Assembly (NCBI GenBank): GCA_049720225.1
Contig: JBNASD010000001.1
Coordinates: forward strand, 293,217 to 357,216
DNA: 64,000 nt
Direction of reading: 5' to 3'
Source of the DNA: Microgenomates group bacterium
GTDB taxonomy: Bacteria; Patescibacteriota; Microgenomatia; PFEM01; JBNASD01
Notes under the pieces: model-generated
What the model was told of the DNA's origin: nothing
Databases searched by the model: none
Seen by the model: only the letters and a program-made list of their open reading frames with translations
Program-made: the position numbers and the translations under genes
In this document: positions 27,915 through 37,454 of the stretch, in pieces
Position numbering within the stretch: position 1 is the stretch's first letter
Layout of the letters: the number at the start of each line of letters is the position of its first letter

Positions 27915-29550
27915 CTAACTCCTCTGGCCAAAATGGTCGGCCATCATATTTTAATATAACTTTATCAACTTTAATCCCAAATGCAGGTAAAAGATTAGCT
28001 AACTGACCTAACAAATTGTTTTCCGCAACGATTATTTTTTCTACTCCCTTCAGTGCTTCTTTCATTTGTTTTTCAGGAAAGGGTTGAAGAATTACTGGTT
28101 GAACTAATTTTAACCCTTGTCTTTCGGCAACTTCTAAAGCTACTCCTTTTACTGAACCCCAAACAATTAAAGCTTTTTTACTTTCTTTATTTCCATAAAT
28201 ATTAACCGCTGGTAATTTTTCTAATGCTTTTTTCATTAAATTAAATTTTCTTAATCGCTTTTCCTGCATTTTTTTAATTAATTCTGCGTCTTCGGTGGCA
28301 ATTCCTTGTTCGGTATGTTCATAGCCTGTAACTTTTATTACTTTATCTTTTTCTCCCGGAAAGGCTAAGGGAGAAACTCCTTGGGGAGTATCTTGATACC
28401 GTAAGTAATTAGTTTGACTTTTTGCTAAAAGTGGGGGGCGAATTTTAATTTTCTTAAAAACTTCTTTATCTACGGAAAAGGTACTCTCGGAAATTTGTTT
28501 ATCTACTAATAAAATTACCGGCGTTTGATACTCCCACGCTAAATTTAGTCCTTCACCCGCCCAAAAACAAGCTTCTTCTCCATCTCCTGGAGCAATCACA
28601 AAACGTAAAAAATCACCGTGTCCTGCTCCCAACACAAAATTCAAATCTGATTGAGAAGTATAAGTAGGAACCCCGGTAGAAGGACCACCTCTTTGAGACT
28701 CAATAATTAATAATGGAATTTCCGCCTGAGCAGAAAAACTTAATCCCTCTGTCATTAAAGCAAAACCACCCCCAGAAGTTCCAACCGCCGTTCTTGCCCC
28801 AGCAAAACTTGCTCCCAAAGCGGCGTTAATTACCGCTATTTCACTTTCTAATTGAAATACCTTTAAATCTTTTTTCTCGGCTAAAAAATGTAAAATTCCT
28901 GTCGCTGGCGTCATTGGATAGGCAAAATAACAATCTAAACCCGCCTTTATCATCCCTAGACTAATTGCCTCATTGCCAGTAAGAAGAGCTGTTTCTTGAG
29001 AAGAAAAAACTTTAATCTTTTTTAATGGCTTCGAAGAATCAAAAGCTCTTTTAGCAATTTTAATATTTTTTTCTTCTGTTTCTCCCTTAAATTCTTCTTT
29101 TAAAATTTTTTCCAAAAATTCCCACCTAATTCCCAAAACCCTTCCCACTGCACCAATTAAGGCGGTATTTTTCATTAAAGGAATTCCTTTTTCCTCTTTT
29201 ACCCACTGTTCTAACGGCAAACCCAAACCGGAAAATTTTTCATTGACTACATTAATTACCGAAGAATCATATATCAAAATACCATTTTCCTTTAATTCTT
29301 TTTGATGGTAATCAATTGTTTTTCTATCAAGCGCTAAAAGTAAATCCAAAGAGGGAGAAACACTAAGAATTTTCTTTCTGCTTGCTCTAATTAAAGAAAA
29401 ATTATGCCCTCCTCGAATTAACGATTGATAATCATCATAAATAAAAATTCGATAGCCAATTGAAGAAAGAAGTTTCCCTAAAATTAATCCCGCTTTCCGG
29501 GAGCCTTGACCAGCTTCTCCACCAATAAGAAGAGTTAACTCCTCCATCAT
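27895..29550 (-). CDS. korA: 2-oxoacid:ferredoxin oxidoreductase, alpha subunit with an N-terminal gamma-like domain
   Basis: The N-terminus has GGEAGQGS (gamma domain). The alpha core has GNEAISLGMIKAG, YFAYPMTPATGI and GFALMTEGLS. Confidence 0.85.
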   Translation of the reverse strand: MMEELTLLIGGEAGQGSRKAGLILGKLLSSIGYRIFIYDDYQSLIRGGHNFSLIRASRKKILSVSPSLDLLLALDRKTIDYHQKELKENGILIYDSSVINVVNEKFSGLGLPLEQWVKEEKGIPLMKNTALIGAVGRVLGIRWEFLEKILKEEFKGETEEKNIKIAKRAFDSSKPLKKIKVFSSQETALLTGNEAISLGMIKAGLDCYFAYPMTPATGILHFLAEKKDLKVFQLESEIAVINAALGASFAGARTAVGTSGGGFALMTEGLSFSAQAEIPLLIIESQRGGPSTGVPTYTSQSDLNFVLGAGHGDFLRFVIAPGDGEEACFWAGEGLNLAWEYQTPVILLVDKQISESTFSVDKEVFKKIKIRPPLLAKSQTNYLRYQDTPQGVSPLAFPGEKDKVIKVTGYEHTEQGIATEDAELIKKMQEKRLRKFNLMKKALEKLPAVNIYGNKESKKALIVWGSVKGVALEVAERQGLKLVQPVILQPFPEKQMKEALKGVEKIIVAENNLLGQLANLLPAFGIKVDKVILKYDGRPFWPEELDEQLRN

Positions 29551-29587
29551 TTTTAAATTTTACCCCATTTAAGATAAAATTAAAAGA

Positions 29588-30445
29588 ATGGTATCTTTAA
29601 AAGGAAAAATTCCCCTTTTAATTAAGGATTTAAATTTAAACCCTAATTTAGGGCAACATCTTTTAGTTGATGAAAAAATTATTGACCAAATTATCAATAT
29701 AATTCCCCCAAAATCTTTAGTTTTAGAAATTGGAGCAGGATGTGGGCAAATAACTCGAAAACTTCTTCAAAATCACTGCCAAGTAATTGCGGTAGAAATA
29801 GATAAAAAATTTGCTCCCTTTTTGGAAAAATTAAAAAAGAAATACAAAAAAAGATTAAAAATAGTTTATCAAGATATTTTAAAATTTAATTGGGAAAGTT
29901 TATCCTCTTCTAAAAATCTTTGGCTGACAGGAAGTCTTCCTTATCATATTACCGAACCTTTATTTCACAAATTAATATTTGTTCCTTTTAAAGAAGCAAT
30001 TTTTTTAGTCGGCGCAAGGTTTGCTTTTGAAACCCAATTAACCGAAGATTTCCAAAATTTCGGCAAATTAACTTTATTAATTCAAAGTTTTTTTAACCCT
30101 CAGGTAATTGAAAAAATTCCCAAAAATTCGTTTTTTCCCCAACCAAAAGTAAATTCTGCTATTTTAAGACTTACACCAAAAACCAAAAATGATTATCAGA
30201 AAAATCCTTTTTTAAAAATTTTCAAAGAACTTTTTCTTTCTGCTCCTCGAGGCCCGTTGATTAAAAATGCTTTACGGGAAACTTTAATTAGGCAGAAATT
30301 AGCTAAAACAAAAAAAGAAGCCAAAAAAATAATTAGTCAATTAAACTTACCTCAAGAAATCCTTCAAAAACCTCTTGAGCAGTTAAATAATCAACAGCTT
30401 TATCAACTCTATTATAGTTTAAGAAGCTTTTTGCAGAGGCTTTAA
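29588..30445 (+). CDS. rsmA: 16S rRNA (adenine1518/1519-N6)-dimethyltransferase
   Basis: It has GQHLLVDEKII and the SAM motif VLEIGAGCGQITRKL, with KsgA length and layout. Confidence 0.9.
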   Translation: MVSLKGKIPLLIKDLNLNPNLGQHLLVDEKIIDQIINIIPPKSLVLEIGAGCGQITRKLLQNHCQVIAVEIDKKFAPFLEKLKKKYKKRLKIVYQDILKFNWESLSSSKNLWLTGSLPYHITEPLFHKLIFVPFKEAIFLVGARFAFETQLTEDFQNFGKLTLLIQSFFNPQVIEKIPKNSFFPQPKVNSAILRLTPKTKNDYQKNPFLKIFKELFLSAPRGPLIKNALRETLIRQKLAKTKKEAKKIISQLNLPQEILQKPLEQLNNQQLYQLYYSLRSFLQRL

Positions 30446-30619
30446 AAACTCTTCTAAACTTAACCAAGGAGCTATTTTAAAAGCTTTTTCCCAAATTTTT
30501 TCTTTTTCTTCTTTGCTCTGAGCTTTGATATACAATTGCCGCAATTTTGCCAATTTTTTGGCTCTTTTATGTGATTGTTTTATTTTCATACTTCTTCTTT
30601 TTGGATCTTCTTTCCCCAT
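30419..30619 (-). CDS. Small basic hypothetical protein (66 aa)
   Basis: It is a Lys/Arg-rich ORF 22 nt downstream of the YibE/F-like gene on the same strand. It has no clear SD and overlaps the rsmA 3' end. It may be spurious. Confidence 0.25.
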   Translation of the reverse strand: MGKEDPKRRSMKIKQSHKRAKKLAKLRQLYIKAQSKEEKEKIWEKAFKIAPWLSLEEFLKPLQKAS

Positions 30620-30641
30620 AGCTTAAAAATTATAATAAATT

Positions 30642-31736
30642 TTATTTATTTTTCAAGATGTTTACCGCTAAAAAGGTGGTAATGGGAACTGCCGAAATTA
30701 AGCCAATACTTCCTACTAACGTTCTTACCACTTCCTCGGCAATAATTTCGTAGTTAATTACCTGATAATAGGGCAAGGGATTATTCAAAAATAAAAGCAA
30801 TAAAGGTAAAGCAGCACCAGTGTAAACTAAAATTAAAGTATTTACCATTGAAGCAATATGATCCCGTCCTACACTCATCGACCGCCAAAAAATTTCTTTT
30901 TTAGAAATTTTGGGATTGATTTTTTTAAGTTGCTCTACAACCGCCGATTGAGAAACGGTAATATCGTCCAAAACCCCTAACGCTCCAATAATAATCCCCG
31001 CTAAAAGTAAACCTTTAATGTTTATTGTTCCTCCTTTAGCTACTTGTAAAAAACCTGCCTCTTCTGAGGCATAACCGGTTAATTTAGCAATATCAACAAA
31101 AATTTTTGCTAAATATCCGGTAATTAATAATGCCATAAAAGTTCCTAAAATTGCCACCGTTGTTTTTCTATTCACTCCATGAGAAAGATAAAATGTAAAG
31201 GGAATAATCAATAAAGAGCCTATTATAGCAATTAAAACTGGATCCTTTCCTAAAGAAATCTGAGGTAAAATATATTTAAAAATTACCAAAAAAGAAACTC
31301 CTAATCCTAAAAGAGAACTCAATCCCCGCCAATAACCAACCACTATTACTAAAATTAAAAAAATAATCCCTAACCAAATTAATGGTTTTCTTCTTATATA
31401 ATCCGTAATAAAAAATATGTCTTCTCCCGTCGGGTTTTTTGAATAGCTTAATAAAACTTCATCATCAACTTTATATTTTTGTTGGCTTATTAATGGAAGA
31501 TTACCTACTTCGATTTCTATTTCTTTTCCTTTTAAAGAACCTTTGGTGATTAAAATTTTTAATTTTTGATATAAATTTTTTTGTCCTTCTTGAAGAATAA
31601 CGTCTTCTTTTAAAATTTTTACTACTTTTCCTTCAAGAATTTCTTCTTTTAAATTTTCTCCATTCTGAGCAAAAATCCCTTTTTGACTTATTAAAATTAA
31701 AAATAACAAAATCAAAAAAATTGTTTTAATTTTCAT
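30642..31736 (-). CDS. YibE/F-like family membrane protein
   Basis: It has a signal peptide and an extracytoplasmic N-domain of about 110 aa, followed by about 6 TM. The topology and spacing match YibE/F. Confidence 0.5.
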   Translation of the reverse strand: MKIKTIFLILLFLILISQKGIFAQNGENLKEEILEGKVVKILKEDVILQEGQKNLYQKLKILITKGSLKGKEIEIEVGNLPLISQQKYKVDDEVLLSYSKNPTGEDIFFITDYIRRKPLIWLGIIFLILVIVVGYWRGLSSLLGLGVSFLVIFKYILPQISLGKDPVLIAIIGSLLIIPFTFYLSHGVNRKTTVAILGTFMALLITGYLAKIFVDIAKLTGYASEEAGFLQVAKGGTINIKGLLLAGIIIGALGVLDDITVSQSAVVEQLKKINPKISKKEIFWRSMSVGRDHIASMVNTLILVYTGAALPLLLLFLNNPLPYYQVINYEIIAEEVVRTLVGSIGLISAVPITTFLAVNILKNK

Positions 31737-32988
31737 TTTTTGTAATCTTAATTACCTTGCCAAAACCAATTGCTTGAGCAATTTTTTTAAGAGCAGTAAT
31801 AAAAGAAGCTTCTTTTAAATCAACCTGATATTTTTGACTGTTAATAAAAATTTCTTTAAATGATTTGGTTAATTTTCTTTTAAGCTCCCGGTTTACTTTT
31901 TCTTCACTCCACCGAACTTTATTTTTATTTTGTAACCATTCAAAATAAGAAACAACTACTCCTCCACCATTTGCTAAAATGTCCGGAAGAGAAACAATTT
32001 TTCTTTTTCTTAAAATTGGATAAGCATCCTCGGTTACTGGTCCATTTGCCATCTCAACAATTAATTTCGCAGAAATTTTATTAGCATTTTTAGAATTAAT
32101 TACATTTTCCAAAGCGGCGGGCACTAAAACTTCTACCGGAAGCTCTAATAATTCTTCATTAGAAATTACTTTTCCATTCGAAAAATTAATTACCGAACCG
32201 GTCTTTTCTTTTACAAGCATTACTTCTTCAGGATTTAAACCGTCAGGATTAAAAACTCCCCCCTTAGAATCAGAAATCGCCACAATTTTAAACCCGTTTT
32301 GATAGGCAATTTTGGCAAAATAATAACCCACATTCCCAAATCCTTGAACTGCCACTGTTTTGTATTTCTTTTTACTTTCCTTAAGAAAACTTTCCATTAC
32401 AATCACTCCTCCTCTTCCGGTTGCTTCGATTCTTCCCAGACTTCCTCCCTTTTTTAAAGATTTACCGGTAAAAGAAGCAGGTGATTTTCTCCCAATCACC
32501 CTTTCGTATTCATCTACCATCCAATCTATAACTTGACTATCTGTATTTACATCAGGAGCGGGAATATCGATATCTTCACCAATAAAAGGAGCAATTGTTC
32601 TTGCATAAACTCGGGAAAGTTTTTCTAATTCTCTTTTTGATAATTTTGTAGGATCAACAATTACTCCCCCTTTTCCTCCTCCAAAAGGTAATCCACACAC
32701 CGCACATTTTAAAGTCATTAAGGTAGAAAGAGCAATAACTTCTTCTCGAGAAACATTAGGATGGAATCTAATCCCTCCTTTATAGGGACCTAAAATATTA
32801 TTATGTTGACTCCGAAAACCAATAAAGGTTTTTAGTTTGCCGTTATCAAGTTTTACCGGGAGTTTTATCTCAATTACTCTATCAGGTTGAATAATAAATT
32901 CAATCTCCTCTTTACTTAAACCTATTTTTTTAGCGTTTTTTCCAATTAATTGCTGAACAGTATCTAACATTTTGTTATTGGTTTTCAT
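31726..32988 (-). CDS. gdhA: Glutamate dehydrogenase (Glu/Leu/Phe/Val dehydrogenase family)
   Basis: It has the catalytic GLPFGGGKGG and the NAD(P) motif GFGNVG. Confidence 0.9.
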   Translation of the reverse strand: MKTNNKMLDTVQQLIGKNAKKIGLSKEEIEFIIQPDRVIEIKLPVKLDNGKLKTFIGFRSQHNNILGPYKGGIRFHPNVSREEVIALSTLMTLKCAVCGLPFGGGKGGVIVDPTKLSKRELEKLSRVYARTIAPFIGEDIDIPAPDVNTDSQVIDWMVDEYERVIGRKSPASFTGKSLKKGGSLGRIEATGRGGVIVMESFLKESKKKYKTVAVQGFGNVGYYFAKIAYQNGFKIVAISDSKGGVFNPDGLNPEEVMLVKEKTGSVINFSNGKVISNEELLELPVEVLVPAALENVINSKNANKISAKLIVEMANGPVTEDAYPILRKRKIVSLPDILANGGGVVVSYFEWLQNKNKVRWSEEKVNRELKRKLTKSFKEIFINSQKYQVDLKEASFITALKKIAQAIGFGKVIKITKNEN

Positions 32989-33348
32989 TTTAATTTTCTT
33001 TTTTAATATTTTTAACTTCTGCTTTAGTAATTAATTTTAACCTAAAAGGAGAAATTTTAAATACAGAAAATCCATCACCAGCTGTTCCCCAAACTTCTGA
33101 GAATTTAAATAAATCTTCATCTTAGCTAGCTTCTTTTCATCAACCTGATTAATCCCACTTGTAATTACGAGAATAGGCATTCCCGAAGAAGTTTTAAAAA
33201 CAATAGATTTAGCAATTTGAGCTACTTGGCATCCTATCGCATGAGCAGCTTCCACTGCGGTTCGCGTTGAAGAAGGAAGAATAATTATTTTTAAGGGAAT
33301 CTTAAATTTTTTGACAAATCTTTTAAATTTTTTTACACCATCGCTCAT
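32987..33348 (-). pseudogene. YbaK/ProX-like aminoacyl-tRNA deacylase domain gene, apparently frameshifted and short
   Basis: The track ORF at 33037..33348 gives ...TAVEAAHAIGCQVAQIAKSIVFK...VDEKKLAKM. The family-like continuation DEDLFKFSEVWGTAGDGFSVFKISPF...VKNI lies in another frame. That frame ends in a TGA overlapping the gdhA ATG at 32987-32989. A 1-nt indel near 33115-33130 would link the two frames. Confidence 0.4.
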
Positions 33349-33377
33349 AGGTTTTATGATATACTGAATTATAAAGA

Positions 33378-33387
33378 AAGGAGGTGA
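33378..33387 (+). promoter_or_regulatory. Shine-Dalgarno AAGGAGGTGA for the cupin gene
   Basis: It is a perfect anti-SD complement, 5 nt upstream of the ATG at 33392. Confidence 0.7.
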
Positions 33388-33391
33388 GAAA

Positions 33392-33787
33392 ATGAAAGGT
33401 TACTATACCCATATCGAAGAAGCAACGGAAAATAATACTGATTACCGACGAGTCCTATATACTGGTAAATATTCCCAATTGGTGCTAATGAGTTTACAAC
33501 CAGGAGAAGAAATTGGGGAAGAAATCCATCCCGAAAACGACCAATTTTTCCGCTTTGAAGAGGGGGAAGGAAAAGTCATTATTGACGGTAATGAATATTT
33601 TGTCCACGATGGAGACGCAGTAGTGGTTCCTGCCGGCGCTAAACACAATGTCATCAATACCGGCAATGAACCATTAAAGCTTTATACTATTTATTCTCCA
33701 CCCCATCATCGCTATGATGTTGTTCGGGCAACTAAAGCGGAGGCAGAAGCAGATGCACCAGAATTTGATGGAACAACAAGTGAATAA
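33392..33787 (+). CDS. Cupin domain protein
   Basis: It has a two-motif cupin core (G.EIGEEIHPENDQFF ... GDAVVVPAGAKHNV). A strong SD precedes it. Confidence 0.75.
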   Translation: MKGYYTHIEEATENNTDYRRVLYTGKYSQLVLMSLQPGEEIGEEIHPENDQFFRFEEGEGKVIIDGNEYFVHDGDAVVVPAGAKHNVINTGNEPLKLYTIYSPPHHRYDVVRATKAEAEADAPEFDGTTSE

Positions 33788-34120
33788 TTAAATTTTTAAC
33801 GGTTTTTGAGAAAGTTTAATAATTTTTTCAAAATTGTCATGGGGAGAAGTTTTGTTTGCTTTTCTAATTCCGCATTTTTGACAGCGGTGAATGATTTTCC
33901 ATTGGCCTTTTTTTTGAATTACCCCTAGTGGTTCCATTAAACCACCGCAATTTGCCTGTCTATCCCCAGGATTAATATCAACGTGTTTACTCCATAAACA
34001 CGAGGGACAATGATTAGTATAACCGGTTCCCCTAACTTTAATTCCACAAATTTCGCAAACAAAATCTTCTTTTCTTTTTTGAAATTTTTTGTTTTTCACC
34101 TTATGATAAAATTTTAACAA
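33788..34120 (-). CDS. RNHCP domain protein (second paralog)
   Basis: It has CEICG...TNHCPSCLWSKH...CGGLM...CQKCG, the same architecture as 26732..27175. Confidence 0.7.
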   Translation of the reverse strand: MLKFYHKVKNKKFQKRKEDFVCEICGIKVRGTGYTNHCPSCLWSKHVDINPGDRQANCGGLMEPLGVIQKKGQWKIIHRCQKCGIRKANKTSPHDNFEKIIKLSQKPLKI

Positions 34121-34633
34121 ATGAGAGAAATCTTTCCTGGCAAAATGATTATTAATTTTTTAAACAAATTGGGAATTTTTCTTATAATTTTTCTCATCTT
34201 TTATTTTATTGGTTATTTCCTTCGGAAAATAATTAGAAAAAAACTCCTAGGCAAGCTTATTCAGAAAGAAATCATCACTTTTGTTTCTGATTTTATTTTT
34301 TATTTTTTTCTAATTTTAGGTTTGATTTTCTCTCTTACTAATATAGGGGTCAACACTAATGCTTTATTAGCAAGTTTAGGTTTAGGAGGATTCGCTATTG
34401 GTTTAGCTTTAAAAGATATTGTCGCTAATTTTGTTAGTGGACTTTTAATTATTTTAAGCAAAACTTTTAAAGTAGGTGATTATCTTAAAATCGGCAATAC
34501 AGAAGGAACAATAAAATCAATTAATCTTCGGCATACTGTTTTGGTAGACAATCAAAATCCAAAAACCCGGATTTTAATCCCCAATAGCAATATTTTCTCC
34601 TCCATCATTATTATCCAAAAGAAGAATTCCTAA
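34121..34633 (+). CDS. Small-conductance mechanosensitive channel family protein (MscS-like, short form)
   Basis: It has 2-3 TM and the MscS TM3/beta-domain signature ASLGLGGFAIGLALKDIVANFVSGLLIIL...FKVGDYLKIGNTEGTIKSINLRHT...IPNSNIF. Confidence 0.7.
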   Translation: MREIFPGKMIINFLNKLGIFLIIFLIFYFIGYFLRKIIRKKLLGKLIQKEIITFVSDFIFYFFLILGLIFSLTNIGVNTNALLASLGLGGFAIGLALKDIVANFVSGLLIILSKTFKVGDYLKIGNTEGTIKSINLRHTVLVDNQNPKTRILIPNSNIFSSIIIIQKKNS

Positions 34634-35410
34634 AGCTTGACCTATCTCTAAACCTAAAACATCAATGGTATCATGAGGTTGACCATTATGTTTTGCTAAT
34701 CGATGACGAAGAATTTCAGTAAACAAAGCGGTTCTTCGATAGATTTCCTCTAAAATAAATCCACTAATCCTCTCGTAAAAATTTTTTTCTCTCTTTAATC
34801 TGACACTTACTCCCGCCAGAACAGCGTGCCAAAAATGATAAGTATCTCCAGCAGGATCGTTTAATACTTTATTGTTATATCCAAAGGGAGCAACACAAGT
34901 TTTCCATTCTTCCATTTCTTCCTTAGAAATAACTAATCCCATTCTTGTTTCGTAATTACGGGCAGCAACCCGACAACCAGTTGCTAAAATTATAATCGCT
35001 TCTAAAAGATCTGAAGAAACCATTAGTGATTCTTTTAGTTGTTCTCTCAAAGTTAACGGCCTTCTTAAATTTTTAGAAACTTCGATAATCACTTTTATTA
35101 AAGAAACCGCTTTCGGAGAAAAAAATTCTTCAGGTAATTTTCCATTATGCTGGTCAGCAAAAGCGGTAAAATAAGCAAAAATTTCTCTTTTTCTAAATTT
35201 TAATTCTCCTAAAGGAATTTTTAAATTTTTAATCTCTCTTAATAATTCTTCTAAAAAATTTTCCGGTTCAGGATTATAAAAAATTCTTTTTCCATATTTT
35301 TCGTAATTTGGGAGTGGAGAAATTAATTCTTCTAATTCTGAAGGATATTCCCTTATTACTCCCGCCACTAATGGCGGAACAATATTCAATAACCTTTCTG
35401 CTCTATTCAT
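34574..35410 (-). CDS. Hypothetical protein
   Basis: It is a 278-aa soluble ORF with no family I can name. Its 3' end overlaps the convergent MscS-like gene by 60 nt. Confidence 0.4.
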   Translation of the reverse strand: MNRAERLLNIVPPLVAGVIREYPSELEELISPLPNYEKYGKRIFYNPEPENFLEELLREIKNLKIPLGELKFRKREIFAYFTAFADQHNGKLPEEFFSPKAVSLIKVIIEVSKNLRRPLTLREQLKESLMVSSDLLEAIIILATGCRVAARNYETRMGLVISKEEMEEWKTCVAPFGYNNKVLNDPAGDTYHFWHAVLAGVSVRLKREKNFYERISGFILEEIYRRTALFTEILRHRLAKHNGQPHDTIDVLGLEIGQALGILLLDNNDGGENIAIGD

Positions 35411-35419
35411 ATTAAATAA

Positions 35420-36328
35420 TTAAAAAGAAACAAAGAAGTAATCAAAATCATCTAACGGCCTGCGAAAAATTATTTCTAATTTTTCAACCTCTGCCAATAT
35501 TGGACCCTTTTTTAAATATTTTATAAACTCCTGAAGTTGATCCTCCTTTCCCTGAGCTAAAACTTCAACTGTTCCATCGGGAATATTTTTTACCCAACCT
35601 TTAATTCCTAACTTTTCGGCAATTCTTTTAGTAAAACGACGAAAACCTACTCCCTGCACAAACCCATAAATTTTTGCCCAAAATTCTAAAAAATCACTTT
35701 CTAAATCTTGAAAGGTTAATGCCTGATTTATAGAAAAATCATCGATTTTAGTTCTTTTTAAACTTTGAAGATATCCCCCACATCCTAATTTTTCTCCTAA
35801 ATCTTTCGCTAAAGAACGAACATAAACACCAGAACCGACTTCTGCTTTAATTTTTAAAATATTTTCTTTTAAATTTATAAACTCTAAATTGTAAATTTTA
35901 ACCTTTCGCGGTTTAATTTCAACCTTTTCTCCCCTTCTTATAAGTTTATAGGCAGGCTTTCCCTTTATTTTAATCGCCGAAAAAGGTGGTGGTTTTTGGT
36001 AAATTTCGCCAATAAAATTTTTAAGCGTTCTTTTTATTTCTTCTACACTTGGTAATTTATTTCCTTTTTTTGTTATTTTTCCCGTCAAATCATAAGTATC
36101 AGAAATCGCCCCCAAAAATATTTCCCCAATGTATGTTTTTTTACTTCCTTTTAAAAATTTTTCTAACTGTTTAGTATATTTTCCTATTCCTAAAATTAAA
36201 AGTCCTTCGGCAAAAGGATCTAATGTTCCTCCATGACCAACTTTTTTTCCTGTTTTTTTCTTAAAATAATTAGTAACTTGGGTAGAAGTTATTCCTTTTG
36301 GTTTATTAAATAAAACTAATCCCTCCAC
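35420..36328 (-). CDS. truB: tRNA pseudouridine(55) synthase fused to a C-terminal acylphosphatase-like domain
   Basis: The N-terminus has the catalytic GHGGTLDPFAEGLL of TruB. The C-terminal roughly 90 aa has the acylphosphatase signature IYGFVQGVGFRRF...GWVKN..DGTVE. Confidence 0.85.
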   Translation of the reverse strand: MEGLVLFNKPKGITSTQVTNYFKKKTGKKVGHGGTLDPFAEGLLILGIGKYTKQLEKFLKGSKKTYIGEIFLGAISDTYDLTGKITKKGNKLPSVEEIKRTLKNFIGEIYQKPPPFSAIKIKGKPAYKLIRRGEKVEIKPRKVKIYNLEFINLKENILKIKAEVGSGVYVRSLAKDLGEKLGCGGYLQSLKRTKIDDFSINQALTFQDLESDFLEFWAKIYGFVQGVGFRRFTKRIAEKLGIKGWVKNIPDGTVEVLAQGKEDQLQEFIKYLKKGPILAEVEKLEIIFRRPLDDFDYFFVSF

Positions 36329-36355
36329 TTTAATTAATTAAAATGATTAATTTAA

Positions 36356-36865
36356 TTATTTAAACTCTTCTTCGCAAACAATCTCTTGAAGATTTTTTCT
36401 AATTTTTGGCGATGGTTTATCGGCAGGATAACCTATTGGAAATAAAGCCACTACTTTATAACGAGAAGGAACTTTTAAAATTCTTTTTACTTCTTCTTGG
36501 TCAAAAGCACCAATCCAACAACTTGCCAATCCCAAAGCAGTTGCCGCTAACGCTATGTGTTCTCCGGCAATTCCTAAATCTAAACCATAAGCAGGCACTC
36601 CAGAAGACAAAATATGTTCAGGATCTAACGAAACCGCAACGATAATTACTGGTGCCTGTGCAATAAATAACTGACCCGCCGCTTCAGCAAGTGCTTGACG
36701 CTTATTTTTCTCCTTTACTACAATAAACTTCCATTCTTGTGCATTATGAGCAGAAGGAGCCAATCTCGCTGATTCCAGAATCTGGATTAATTTTCCTTCC
36801 TCTACCGGTTGGTTTTTATAATGCCGGCAGGAATAGCGCTTTTTTACTACTTCAAAGAAATCCAT
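36356..36865 (-). CDS. Nitroreductase family protein
   Basis: It has RYSCRHYKNQPV...ILESARLAPSAHNAQEWKF, the nitroreductase signature. Confidence 0.85.
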   Translation of the reverse strand: MDFFEVVKKRYSCRHYKNQPVEEGKLIQILESARLAPSAHNAQEWKFIVVKEKNKRQALAEAAGQLFIAQAPVIIVAVSLDPEHILSSGVPAYGLDLGIAGEHIALAATALGLASCWIGAFDQEEVKRILKVPSRYKVVALFPIGYPADKPSPKIRKNLQEIVCEEEFK

Positions 36866-36869
36866 AAGA

Positions 36870-37454
36870 TTATTTCAAGGCTAAATCTCCTTTTAAAAAA
36901 TACTCGCCTATTTTTTTAACCTCTTCCATTACTTTAGCAATTTTTTCTTTTTCTTTCCACCAGTTATTTTTGGTAATTTTTCTTTCATCAACAACAGGAA
37001 CGATTAAAAGTTCTGAGTGAGGAAAAACTTGAGCAAACGTCATTTTTAATCTCCGAGCGTGATAAGGTTTACTTACTAATAAAATTCTTTTGTGGGGTAA
37101 TTTGAATTTTCTAATTAATTTTGCTGCTTCTACTGCATTTTCTTTTGTGTTAGTAGAATTGCCCTCTTTCAAGATATTTTTAGGCAACACTCCCAACTTA
37201 ATCGCAATTTCTGCTCCAAAATCACATTCTTTCTGGCTAATTCGTGGGTTGATATTTCCGGTAAATAAAATTTTTTTGGCAAACCCCTTTTTATAAAGAA
37301 ATACTGCCTTTTTATGAAGCTGGGGCATGCTCGTCCCCGGTACAATAATCAAATCAGCCTTTTTAGGCTTATCTTCTACAAAAATAAAATTAGTAATTAA
37401 TTGGATAATACTTAATCTTCGTTCCATCGGTATTCTTCTCTGAATGTATTCCAT
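36870..37454 (-). CDS. DUF218 (YdcF/SanA-like) domain protein
   Basis: It has ADLIIVPGTS...ILFTGN and a Rossmann-like DUF218 core. Confidence 0.7.
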   Translation of the reverse strand: MEYIQRRIPMERRLSIIQLITNFIFVEDKPKKADLIIVPGTSMPQLHKKAVFLYKKGFAKKILFTGNINPRISQKECDFGAEIAIKLGVLPKNILKEGNSTNTKENAVEAAKLIRKFKLPHKRILLVSKPYHARRLKMTFAQVFPHSELLIVPVVDERKITKNNWWKEKEKIAKVMEEVKKIGEYFLKGDLALK

